From IMG/VR virus record IMGVR_UViG_3300022741_000066, positions 1 to 32,053 of that record: DNA of 32,053 bases. The stretch is one strand, 5' to 3'. This document shows, in pieces, positions 17,254 to 24,701 of the stretch. How positions within the stretch are numbered: position 1 is the stretch's first letter; each line of letters starts with the position of its first letter. The notes beneath the pieces are model-generated. The model saw only the letters and a list, made by a program, of their open reading frames with translations. It made no database searches and was not told the DNA's origin. The translations under genes and the position numbers were made by a program. The stretch comes from a virus. Its lineage: Duplodnaviria; Caudoviricetes.

Positions 17254-17970
17254 TCAGATCGGGCGCCAGCGGACGGGCGGGTCGGGCAATGGTTGGTGGT
17301 CGATCGCGCACAGTCGTGGGCCGAGCTCGCGGAGGCGGTCGTCGACGAGGGCGGCGTGCATGGTGCAGAACGTGTGCCACGGGTGTGCGGTGGTGCAGCG
17401 GGCTTGGCCGGCGCGGGTGGCGGGTGCGGTGCAGCGCGGCGACTCGCACGGCACTTCGGCGGTGAGGTCGACGTCGACGGTGGTCGTGTGGGTGGTCGCT
17501 GGGAGGCTGCGCGCACGCGCGTCGGCGCTGGGCTGGCGGCGGGACGAGAGGAGCACGGTGATGGTGAAAGCACTCGGGAGAGCTGCGTGGCGGCTCGTGA
17601 TCGGGCTGGTCGCGGCGGCGGCCGTGGCGGTCGTGGCGTGGGCGACGTTGCTGCAGGTGGAGGGGACGCTGGTCGACCGGATCGGGGGGCTGTGATGGTG
17701 AAGGCGTTCCTGCATGTGAACGGTGTCGACTACGAGCTCGCGACACCGCTCGCGGAGCCGCAGGTGCAGCAGCTCGTTGAGCGCATCGCGTCGGCGGCTG
17801 ACCCGGTGCAGCGGGTGACGGTCAAGCAGGGGCGCGTCGACGTGACGCTCGTCATCAAGACAGCGCTGGTGTGGAGCGTGTCGGGGTGGGTCAAGACGCC
17901 GGGCCAGGCCGTCGTCGTCTGAGCGTGAGGCCCGGCGGACACGCGTGTGGGACGTGTCCGTCGGGCTCAC
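17254..17970 (-). CDS. Cys/His-rich hypothetical protein, apparently split by an in-frame antisense insertion
   Basis: GTGA-coupled start at 17970. The C-terminal ~80 aa (VPCESPRC...C..AHPWHTFCTMH...LCAIDH) look like real coding sequence; the middle is antisense to two plus-strand genes. Confidence 0.45.
   Translation of the reverse strand: MSPTDTSHTRVRRASRSDDDGLARRLDPPRHAPHQRCLDDERHVDAPLLDRHPLHRVSRRRDALNELLHLRLRERCRELVVDTVHMQERLHHHSPPIRSTSVPSTCSNVAHATTATAAAATSPITSRHAALPSAFTITVLLSSRRQPSADARARSLPATTHTTTVDVDLTAEVPCESPRCTAPATRAGQARCTTAHPWHTFCTMHAALVDDRLRELGPRLCAIDHQPLPDPPVRWRPI
17561..17695 (+). CDS. Small single-pass membrane protein (44 aa)
   Basis: GAGAGGAG RBS; MVKALGRAAWRLVIGLVAAAAVAVVAWATLLQVEGTLVDRIGGL. 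Confidence 0.6.
   Translation: MVKALGRAAWRLVIGLVAAAAVAVVAWATLLQVEGTLVDRIGGL
17695..17922 (+). CDS. Small hypothetical protein (75 aa)
   Basis: TGATG-coupled to the previous gene; MVKAFLHVNGVDYELATPL...; GC-ending codons. Confidence 0.65.
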   Translation: MVKAFLHVNGVDYELATPLAEPQVQQLVERIASAADPVQRVTVKQGRVDVTLVIKTALVWSVSGWVKTPGQAVVV

Positions 17971-18521
17971 TCCGCACCTCGATTCCCAGCGCGGGCACGC
18001 ATCTCGTCCAGGGTGCTCATCGGTCGCATGCTCCTTCGGGGTGGGTCAGCCAGCACACCTCGCACACGGGGTGCCGCATGGTCAGGTCGGTGTCCCCCAG
18101 GGCGGTGCGGAGATCGCGGACGAACCTCCACCCGTCCTCCCCGAACGTTCCCCACTCGTCGTCGTAGTAGCGGTCCAGCAGCGCGAACCGGCGGCGCCTT
18201 ACGCGCGCTAGGCGCCTCCACCTGCTCTGCGCTGACCGTCTGCGCGGTACCACCACGGGAGGCGAGGGCATCATCAACGATGTCCAGTGCGTCGCCGATG
18301 GCTGCGGCGATAGCCTCTGCCAACGCCCACCGGTCGACTTCCCCGTGCACGGGTGCCGCTCCACCCCCGCGTCCGGCAGACGGGCCGTCGCTGATGACGG
18401 ACTGGCCGGGGCAGTCGCACAGCTGCGCCGCGGCACCCGAACGCGCGCGGGACAGTCCCGGAACGTCCCCCGTCCCGTCCGTCGTCGTGCCGTTCGGGTT
18501 GCTGTGGTGGTTGTGGGTCAT
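17967..18521 (-). pseudogene. Mosaic or frameshifted hypothetical gene region
   Basis: The ORF from 18521 becomes Arg/Pro-rich after ~18190, while another frame (ALLDRYYDDEWGTF...CEVCWLTHPEGACDR, stop 18017) has coding-like codons but no nearby start. Confidence 0.4.
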
Positions 18522-18667
18522 CGGTCTTCCTCTCGGTCGTTGGCGTGTTGGTTCTGCCAGTCGTGGAGTGCGGTGGTGTGGTCGTCGGGCTCGTCGTCGG
18601 GTTCGTTGTCGGTGAGGTGGGCGGCGAGGGCGAGGGTGGTGTGGGCGTATTGGCTGGTGAGGCTCAC
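18518..18667 (-). CDS. Small acidic hypothetical protein (49 aa)
   Basis: GTGA-coupled, AGGAG RBS; MSLTSQYAHTTLALAAHLTDNEPDDEPDD... Confidence 0.6.
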   Translation of the reverse strand: MSLTSQYAHTTLALAAHLTDNEPDDEPDDHTTALHDWQNQHANDREEDR

Positions 18668-19131
18668 GGCTTCTCCTGGAGTGGGTCGCCGTATCCGACG
18701 GCGCGTAGCTGGGCGAGCGAGGACTCGAGCGACATGCGCACGACGGCGTGGTCGGTGATCGCGTCGCGCAGGTCGTCGGGGTAGCCGCGTAGGTCGGCGA
18801 TCCACCCGTGGCGCCAGTACGCGTGCCAGCGCTGGGCGTTGGGTGCGCCGACGCCGCGGCGCTGCACGACGAGGAACGCGATGGCGGCGCCGGCGTGCAT
18901 CCGTTCGCGCGCGGTCTCGGCGAGCCAGCGCTCTACGTCGCCGTCGCTGTGGGACCGAGCTGCCTCGCCGCCCTTGACCTCGAGGATGACGCCGGGGCAG
19001 AGGCCGATGTCGCCGCGGTCGTGGTTTCCGGTGAGGGTGAGCCGGTCGGCGTTGGGGAAGCCGAGGCGGCGTGCGGCGCGGACGACGGCGGTTTCGGCGG
19101 CGGTGCCGATCTGCTTGGGGCGGTTGACCAT
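18664..19131 (-). CDS. Holliday junction resolvase (Hjc-like PD-(D/E)XK)
   Basis: MVNRPKQIGTAAETAVV...DRGDI...LEVKGG...WLAETARE; GAGGAG RBS. Confidence 0.8.
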   Translation of the reverse strand: MVNRPKQIGTAAETAVVRAARRLGFPNADRLTLTGNHDRGDIGLCPGVILEVKGGEAARSHSDGDVERWLAETARERMHAGAAIAFLVVQRRGVGAPNAQRWHAYWRHGWIADLRGYPDDLRDAITDHAVVRMSLESSLAQLRAVGYGDPLQEKP

Positions 19132-19139
19132 GGTGCTCC

Positions 19140-19559
19140 TCAGAACGGTGGCGGGGCGTCGTGGTCGACGGTGTGCCGGTGGGGGGTGGGTAGGGGTGCG
19201 TGGGTGAGGGGTGGGCGGTCGCAGTTGTGGGCGGTGAGGACGATGACGGTGGGGCTGGCGGGTGGCAGGGGTATGTGGGGTGGGTAGGTGGGGGTGCGGG
19301 GTGTGAGCTCGTAGGTGTCGGGGGTGGTGCCCCAGAGCCGGTAGGTGGGGCGGGCGAGGAGGACGGCGGCGGTTTCGAGTTGGGGGGTGAGGGGGTGGGG
19401 GTCGGTGATGGCGAGGCCGGCGGCGAGGGGTGCGTCGTAGCCGGCGAGGACAAGTCGGCGGCAGGTGCGGCACCAGCGGGGGCGTGCTCGGGTGCCGGTG
19501 AGGGTGGGGTCGTTGCCGGTGCGGGTGGCGTGGGCTTGGAGCCAGTGCGGTGTGGTCAT
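19140..19559 (-). CDS. Hypothetical protein (139 aa) with CxxC
   Basis: ATGA-coupled; WCRTCRRLVLAGYD...DPHPLTPQLE..AVLLARPTYRL...HNC. Confidence 0.7.
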   Translation of the reverse strand: MTTPHWLQAHATRTGNDPTLTGTRARPRWCRTCRRLVLAGYDAPLAAGLAITDPHPLTPQLETAAVLLARPTYRLWGTTPDTYELTPRTPTYPPHIPLPPASPTVIVLTAHNCDRPPLTHAPLPTPHRHTVDHDAPPPF

Positions 19560-19939
19560 AGCTGCGGGAGGGTGCGGATGATCGCCTCGGCGACTGCGAG
19601 GCGCATGGCGGTCCGGTGCTCGGGGCTGTTCCCGTGGCGGATGGAGACGAGCGCGTAGGAGTGGAGCTCGTTGAGGAAGTCCTCGGGCGTCTGTGCCTCG
19701 TTGATGCGGGTCTCCCAGTAGGGGTCCCTGACAGTTAGTGAGACGAGGCCTTTGAGCTGCTGATGTACGCCCGCGTAAGGCGGGTCAACTGGAGAGGACC
19801 TGTCATGTGTCATGGGTGCTGTTCTGTGCGGACCTCGAATGTTCGTGTCATATGTGTCATGACCTGCGGTGTTGCGTTCCGGATCGGTCACGGTGGGGGT
19901 GGTCTGGGGCGATGACGGATGTGTCATGGGGTGGGTCAC
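19556..19939 (-). CDS. Hypothetical protein (start uncertain: GTG 19939 or ATG 19813)
   Basis: GTGA overlap with the primase stop; C-terminal DPYWETRINEAQTPEDFLNELHSYAL... looks like real protein; the N-terminal part crosses the repeat cluster. Confidence 0.5.
   Translation of the reverse strand: MTHPMTHPSSPQTTPTVTDPERNTAGHDTYDTNIRGPHRTAPMTHDRSSPVDPPYAGVHQQLKGLVSLTVRDPYWETRINEAQTPEDFLNELHSYALVSIRHGNSPEHRTAMRLAVAEAIIRTLPQL
19772..19814. repeat. 43-bp direct repeat, copy 1 (candidate origin element)
   Basis: CGCGTAAGGCGGGTCAACTGGAGAGGACCTGTCATGTGTCATG; 41/43 identical to 29630-29672. Confidence 0.9.
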
Positions 19940-22665
19940 CAGCCTTCGTCCTGACGCCATGCGGGTTCGTCTGATGACGGGTCGGTGGGGTCCGATGACG
20001 GGTTGTCGAGGAGGCGGATTCCGTCGTAGTAGCGGGCGTGCATGTCGCGGTTGGACTGGACGCCGAAGCGGGTGCGCAGCTGCTGGGTGAAGGCCTTGGG
20101 GGTAGCGGGTTCTTCGCCTTCGGTGCGGCACCAGCGTTCGTAGGCGGTGCGCAGGGCGGCGACCTTGACGTGCATGTGCTGGGCGTTGGGGTCGCCGGTC
20201 TCGCATTCGTCGGTGACGAACCGGCCGACGGTGTCGGTGTCGGTGGCGTAGGCGTCGGTGGCGGCGCGCACGGACTCGGGTTCGGACAGGCCGTGGGTGA
20301 AGTAGTCGGCGGCGCCGCGTACGAGCCAGGCGAGGATCGCGGGGCCTTCGTGGTCGACGAGCTGGTCCTCGAGGTCGGGGACGCGCTTGTCGGCGGGGAC
20401 GGTGTGCTCGAACGGTAGGAGGCGCAGGCGTCGCCAGAATGCGGGGCCGCCGGCGCGGACGGCGGGCTGGTGGTTGGCCAGGAGCCACAGGGTGTGGGTG
20501 GGGGTGAAGGAGAACCAGTCCTGGCGCATGAATCGGCCGGAGATGACGTCGCGGCCGGTGAGCTGCTTGATGCGGGCTTCGGCGAAGCGTTGCCCGTCTT
20601 CGAGCTCGGAGGTGACGACGAGGCGGGCGCCGGCGAGGCGTGCGAGCTCGGTGGGGTGTCCTTGCTGGTGGGTGGCGAGGAGCATCTCGGCGGGTGCGGA
20701 GATGGAGTACCCGTCGTCGCCGACGCCGACGATGCGTTGGATGACGCCGAGGAGGGTGGTCTTGCCGTTGGCGCCGGGCCCGTGCGCGAAGGGAAGGAGC
20801 TGTTCGAGGACTTGGCCGACGAGGGAGACGCCGAGGAGCCGCTGGATGTAGGTGGTCAGGGCGGGGTCGCCGGCGAAGGTGTCGGCGAGGAACCGCAGCC
20901 ACCGGGTGGGGGTGGTGTTGAAGTCGGGGGCGACGTTCGTGGAGCGGGTGTGCAGGGCGGTGGGGTTGGGGCGGGACAGTGTCCCGGTGCGCAGGTCGAT
21001 GACGCCGGTGGGGGTGTTGAGCTCGTAGGGGTGGGCGTCGAGGTGTGCGAGGTGGGTGACGGTGCGTGGGTCGGTGCGGGCGATCGCGACCATGGCGTCG
21101 AGGCCGCGGCGGGAGAGGGACTTGTTGCGGTGGTTGCGGGATTCGCGGTCGTGGTTGGGCAGGTTGCGGGCGATGGTGCGGGCGTGTTCGTGGACGCGGC
21201 CTGCTTCGTCCCAGGTCCAGCGGTGCCCATTCCAGGTGAGCCAGGTGCCGCGCTGTGGGACGTAGCGGATGGTGTCGTGGTGTGCGTCGATGAGGCGTAG
21301 TGCGTTGCCGTCGTCGGTCTCGGTGTAGGTGGCTGGCTCAGCGGTTGAGGCGGCGCTCGGTGAGCTCGTCCCAGTCGATGTCGCAGGTGCAGCTGACGAC
21401 GTGGCCGGTGCAGTGCCAGCAGCCAGTGCAGGTGCAGGGTTCGTCGGGTCCGTGGGGGCAGGCGTGGTCGAGGTCCATGGGGTGTCTTCGTTCTGGGTCG
21501 GGGGGATGAGGCCGTCGAGGTCGTCGACCTGGACGTGCTCGGCGGGGCGGCGTTGTTCGGCGCGCTGTCCGTATCCGTCGGCGTAGAGCTGCTTGGCGGC
21601 GGCGTTGTGGTCGCCTCCGTGCTCGAGGAGGGCGTAGGCGCCGAGCTTGGTGTAGGGGATCTCGGCTTGGAAGTCGGTGGAGGTGGTGAAGACGAACAGG
21701 CGGTCGCGGTCGTCGGCGTGTCCGGTGGTGGCGGAGAAGCCGGAGCCGAGTGGCTTGCCGGGGCGCAGCCAGTAGCGGGTGCGGCCGCGGGTGGTGACGT
21801 GGGTCCACCCGTGGGGGGTGAGGATGTCGGCCCAGTCGGTGCGGGTCTCGTAGTCGTCGCCGGGGGTGATGCCGTCGCCGGGCTGGCGCGGGGAAGCGGT
21901 TGCGGCGCGCGCGGGTGTGGCGGGTGGTTCGGGTTGGTGGTCGAGGGTGCGCAGGACGGCGTGGAAGGCGTTGCGCTGGTCGAGGGTGATGGTGGGTGCG
22001 GTGGCGGGGCCGCCGAGCAGGCGCACCCAGGGGCGGCCGGTGGGGTGGTGGTGGGAGGGGGCGACGACGACTTGGCCGCCTTCGCCGCGGGTTTCGGCGA
22101 GGACCTGCACGACGTCGCGTGCGGTGGCGGCGTTGATCTTCGCCAGGCGGCGGGTGCGCTGTTCGGGGTCGGTCAGGGTGTCGGCGTTCGCACGCTCGAG
22201 GGTCTTCCATGCGGCGAGCTCGTCGGGGGTGGAGGGTCGGCGTGCGAGCTTGGTGTTGCCGGGGACGGGTCCGTCGGTGATCCGGTAGTGGAAGTGCAGG
22301 CCGCCGGAGGGGGATTGTTCGACCCATCCGGTGGTGATCAGGTCCCAGAGGTTGCCGAGGCCGGTGTCGTGGGCGAGGGCCTTGAGGTCGGGCAGGTGGA
22401 CGACGGCGCGTCCTTCGAGCTCGGTGAGCTCGGCGTTGCCGGAGACGGCGCCTTGGACGACGCCGAGGTCCCAGGCGCCGTCGTGTGCCGACCGGCCGCC
22501 GGGGGAAAACCAGGTGGTGACGGTCTCGATGCTGGCGCGCTCGGTCGTGTACTGCTTCCAGGAGGGCAGGGCGGGTGCCTTGGTGCCGTCGTTGCGGATG
22601 GGGATGACGGAGTACCCACGGCCGAGCAGGTCGAGGGCGGTGGTGAGGATCGGGTTGCTGCTCAC
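19936..22665 (-). CDS. Bifunctional Prim-Pol primase/polymerase fused to a D5/P4-family SF3 helicase
   Basis: N-terminal GYSVIPIRNDGTKAP, SPSGGLHFHY, ETRGEGGQVVVAPS; C-terminal GPGANGKTT Walker A, ELARLAGARLVVTSE, IKQLTGRD, WRRLRLLPF. Confidence 0.95.
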   Translation of the reverse strand: MSSNPILTTALDLLGRGYSVIPIRNDGTKAPALPSWKQYTTERASIETVTTWFSPGGRSAHDGAWDLGVVQGAVSGNAELTELEGRAVVHLPDLKALAHDTGLGNLWDLITTGWVEQSPSGGLHFHYRITDGPVPGNTKLARRPSTPDELAAWKTLERANADTLTDPEQRTRRLAKINAATARDVVQVLAETRGEGGQVVVAPSHHHPTGRPWVRLLGGPATAPTITLDQRNAFHAVLRTLDHQPEPPATPARAATASPRQPGDGITPGDDYETRTDWADILTPHGWTHVTTRGRTRYWLRPGKPLGSGFSATTGHADDRDRLFVFTTSTDFQAEIPYTKLGAYALLEHGGDHNAAAKQLYADGYGQRAEQRRPAEHVQVDDLDGLIPPTQNEDTPWTSTTPAPTDPTNPAPALAAGTAPATSSAAPATSTGTSSPSAASTAEPATYTETDDGNALRLIDAHHDTIRYVPQRGTWLTWNGHRWTWDEAGRVHEHARTIARNLPNHDRESRNHRNKSLSRRGLDAMVAIARTDPRTVTHLAHLDAHPYELNTPTGVIDLRTGTLSRPNPTALHTRSTNVAPDFNTTPTRWLRFLADTFAGDPALTTYIQRLLGVSLVGQVLEQLLPFAHGPGANGKTTLLGVIQRIVGVGDDGYSISAPAEMLLATHQQGHPTELARLAGARLVVTSELEDGQRFAEARIKQLTGRDVISGRFMRQDWFSFTPTHTLWLLANHQPAVRAGGPAFWRRLRLLPFEHTVPADKRVPDLEDQLVDHEGPAILAWLVRGAADYFTHGLSEPESVRAATDAYATDTDTVGRFVTDECETGDPNAQHMHVKVAALRTAYERWCRTEGEEPATPKAFTQQLRTRFGVQSNRDMHARYYDGIRLLDNPSSDPTDPSSDEPAWRQDEGW
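21338..21478 (-). CDS. Nested out-of-frame Cys/His-rich microprotein (46 aa) inside the primase-helicase linker
   Basis: MDLDHACPHGPDEPCTCTGCWHCTGHVVSCTCDIDWDELTERRLNR*; 43/46 codons end in G/C, versus 28/46 in the primase frame over the same bases. Confidence 0.6.
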   Translation of the reverse strand: MDLDHACPHGPDEPCTCTGCWHCTGHVVSCTCDIDWDELTERRLNR

Positions 22666-22868
22666 GCGTGCGCGGCCTCCTGCTCGCGGATGTACGCGTC
22701 GGCGTGGGTGCGGTTGCGGAAGACCTTGCAGGCGCAGTCGCGGGTGGCGTGGGGGCTGGCGGGGCAGCCGGGTGCGACGGCGATGACGGGGTGGCTGATG
22801 GTGCCGGAGCCGCCGCGGATGGTCTTGACCCGCCAGGCGTGCTCTGGGGGGAGGTGGGTGGTGGCCAT
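22662..22868 (-). CDS. Hypothetical protein (68 aa)
   Basis: CAGGAG RBS; GTGA overlap with the primase start. Confidence 0.7.
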   Translation of the reverse strand: MATTHLPPEHAWRVKTIRGGSGTISHPVIAVAPGCPASPHATRDCACKVFRNRTHADAYIREQEAAHA

Positions 22869-22910
22869 GCGGTGCGGCTCCTGACGTTGTCGTGGGTGGT
22901 GCTGGTGTGC

Positions 22911-22965
22911 GGTCCCCGCGGCCTGACTCGAACAGGCGGCCCTTCCCTACCGGTGGGGCGCGGGG
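22911..22965 (-). ncRNA. tRNA-like element without an anticodon arm
   Basis: CCCCGCG-C-CCC ACCGGTA GGG-AAGGGCC-GCCTG TTCGAGT CAGGC-CGCGGGG-ACC: 7-bp acceptor stem, D-like arm with GG, canonical T arm. Confidence 0.65.
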
Positions 22966-22966
22966 T

Positions 22967-23006
22967 GCCGCCGGTCCTCCCGCAGGGGGTCGGGAGGATC
23001 GGCGGC
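22967..23006 (-). terminator. 16-bp hairpin after ssb
   Basis: GCCGCCGGTCCTCCCG / CGGGAGGATCGGCGGC with one imperfect pair, 4 nt after the stop at 23011. Confidence 0.6.
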
Positions 23007-23010
23007 GGTC

Positions 23011-23703
23011 TCAGGCGGCCAGGAGGACCTGGACGACGGAGATGTCGAGCCCGAGCTGTGGGGCGATCTGCTCGGCGGTCAGGCCGAGGGCGGCGAGGGA
23101 CTTCGCCTGGGCGGCCGGGGTGGTGGCGGCCGGTGCCGCAGCGGGTGCGGCGGCGGGGGTTGGCGTCGGTGCGGGTGCGGACACCGGCTGGGCGGCCGGT
23201 GCGGACACGGGTGCGGCGGTGGGGGTGGGCTGCCCTCCGACCTCCTGGCCCATGAGCGTGGAGTTCCCGGCGGGCACGTAGGTGATCTGCCAGAACTTGC
23301 GGGACCGCTTGTCGTCGGGGTCCTCGCGGTGCGTGAACGTGACGGTGAGGGTGGCGCCGACCTCGAGGCCGGGAGCACCCGCGGCGCGGATCGCGTCACG
23401 GACGTCGGCCTTGAGGTAGCGGCCCTCGATGTAGAAGCGGCGGGTGCCGTCGTCGTCGGTGATGGACGGGTCGCGCAGGTCCGTGGCGAGGTCGACGTAC
23501 ACGGCCATGATCGGGTCGCCGGACGGGTAGAACTTCGGGTCACCGGGACGGCCGGGGTTGTTCCTGTCGTACTCGCGCTCCTGGTAGGCCTGCGGGGGTG
23601 CGATGACTCGTCCGGTGATCGTGTCGCCGGGGTTGGCGAACTTCGCGGTCGGGGCACCGCCTGCGCCCATGAGGATGTCGTTGGCGTTGGGCGTCTGCGT
23701 CAT
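23011..23703 (-). CDS. Actinophage-type single-stranded DNA-binding protein
   Basis: GGAPTAKFANPGDTITGRV...DDDGTRRFYIEG...IRAAGAPGLEVGATLTVTF (OB-like) with a Pro/Ala tail; AAGGAG RBS; follows the exonuclease. Confidence 0.7.
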   Translation of the reverse strand: MTQTPNANDILMGAGGAPTAKFANPGDTITGRVIAPPQAYQEREYDRNNPGRPGDPKFYPSGDPIMAVYVDLATDLRDPSITDDDGTRRFYIEGRYLKADVRDAIRAAGAPGLEVGATLTVTFTHREDPDDKRSRKFWQITYVPAGNSTLMGQEVGGQPTPTAAPVSAPAAQPVSAPAPTPTPAAAPAAAPAATTPAAQAKSLAALGLTAEQIAPQLGLDISVVQVLLAA

Positions 23704-23731
23704 GGTGTGCGTCTCCTTCGTGAGTGCCGCG

Positions 23732-24628
23732 TCAGGCGGCGGGGGTGGGAATGAGGCCGTCGAGCTCGTGGCCAGGGGTGTGCCCGGGGGCGGCGGTGCC
23801 CGCGGGACGGTCGGGGAACCGCGCGCAGTCGAAGCAGTGCGGGTCGCGCGGCAGTGCGGTGATCCACGCGTCGCGCGCCTGCGTCGAGATGGACTCGAGG
23901 GCGGTGAGGTTGGTGTGGATGCGGTTGGCGCGGTCGAGTGCGTCGAGGGCGATGTGCTCGTCGTACGGCTCGTGCCACAGGAGCCCGCCGTCGAACCCGC
24001 GCATGTCGTTGCGGGGCAGGTACCAGATCGCGACGGTGGTCACGTGGTGCCCGGCGGCGACCCACCCGCGCCCGTACAGGTGCGCCTGGGCGCGGTAGGT
24101 CGGGGAGGGTCCGTTGCGGCGGGCGGCGCGCAGGGTGGACTCGCCGACGATCTTCCAGTCGAAGGTGGCGCCAGCGGCGGTGTCGAACAGGTCGGTGGAG
24201 CCGGTGATGTCGACGCCGCCGATGGTGCCGACGGTGACGCGCTGCTCAGTGAGCCACCGGGTGCCGGTGGTGTGGGGTGCGTTGCGGTGCGCCTCGTGGG
24301 AGGTGATCTGCTCCTCGAACGCGGCGTGCACTGCAGTCCCGACGAACGGCAGCCATGCGACGCCGCGCTCGCCGGTGGGCCATCCGGCGAGCTTGGCGGC
24401 GAGGCAGTGGTCGCAGGGGGTGCCGAGCTCGGACGGGCCGATGCGCTTCTGCAGGGACCGCGGCTGGTTGGTGATCGCGGACTCGACGATGCCGCGCACG
24501 TGCTGGGCGGCGGTCTCGATGTCGACGCCGGCGTAGGGCATGCGTGCTGGGGGGAGGGTGGTGTAGTCCCAGCCGGTGGGTGCGTGGTCGAGGACTGTCA
24601 GGTCGACGGGGGTGTCGTTGTTGGTCAT
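23732..24628 (-). CDS. Cas4-like PD-(D/E)XK exonuclease
   Basis: IGPSELGTPCDHC, GTAVH, GSTDLFD...DWK, QAHLYGRG and C-terminal CFDC. Confidence 0.85.
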   Translation of the reverse strand: MTNNDTPVDLTVLDHAPTGWDYTTLPPARMPYAGVDIETAAQHVRGIVESAITNQPRSLQKRIGPSELGTPCDHCLAAKLAGWPTGERGVAWLPFVGTAVHAAFEEQITSHEAHRNAPHTTGTRWLTEQRVTVGTIGGVDITGSTDLFDTAAGATFDWKIVGESTLRAARRNGPSPTYRAQAHLYGRGWVAAGHHVTTVAIWYLPRNDMRGFDGGLLWHEPYDEHIALDALDRANRIHTNLTALESISTQARDAWITALPRDPHCFDCARFPDRPAGTAAPGHTPGHELDGLIPTPAA

Positions 24629-24701
24629 GACACTCCCTGTGCGGGCGCCCCGGTCGAATGGTGGTTCGACCGGGGGCAGGGGCGCTCCAGGGGGGTCCAG
24701 T

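Noticed and set aside
22100-22240. Possible intein or intron in the Prim-Pol domain (helical insert ...WKTLERANADTLTDPEQR...)
   Set aside because: About 40 aa, no Cys/Ser start or His-Asn end, normal codon usage; probably a variable loop.
22911-22965. Functional tRNA gene
   Set aside because: No anticodon arm, no U8, only 53 nt; kept as a tRNA-like element instead.
23100-23230. Pro/Ala repeats (APVSAP, AAAP) in the ssb tail
   Set aside because: Ordinary low-complexity linker with degenerate DNA repeats.
23732-24628. Cas4-like gene as a sign of a CRISPR system
   Set aside because: No repeat-spacer array or other cas genes; solo Cas4-like nucleases next to ssb are normal phage recombination genes.
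24660-24676. GGTTCGA as a second tRNA T-loop
   Set aside because: No T-stem or acceptor stem; the bases are part of a simple hairpin.
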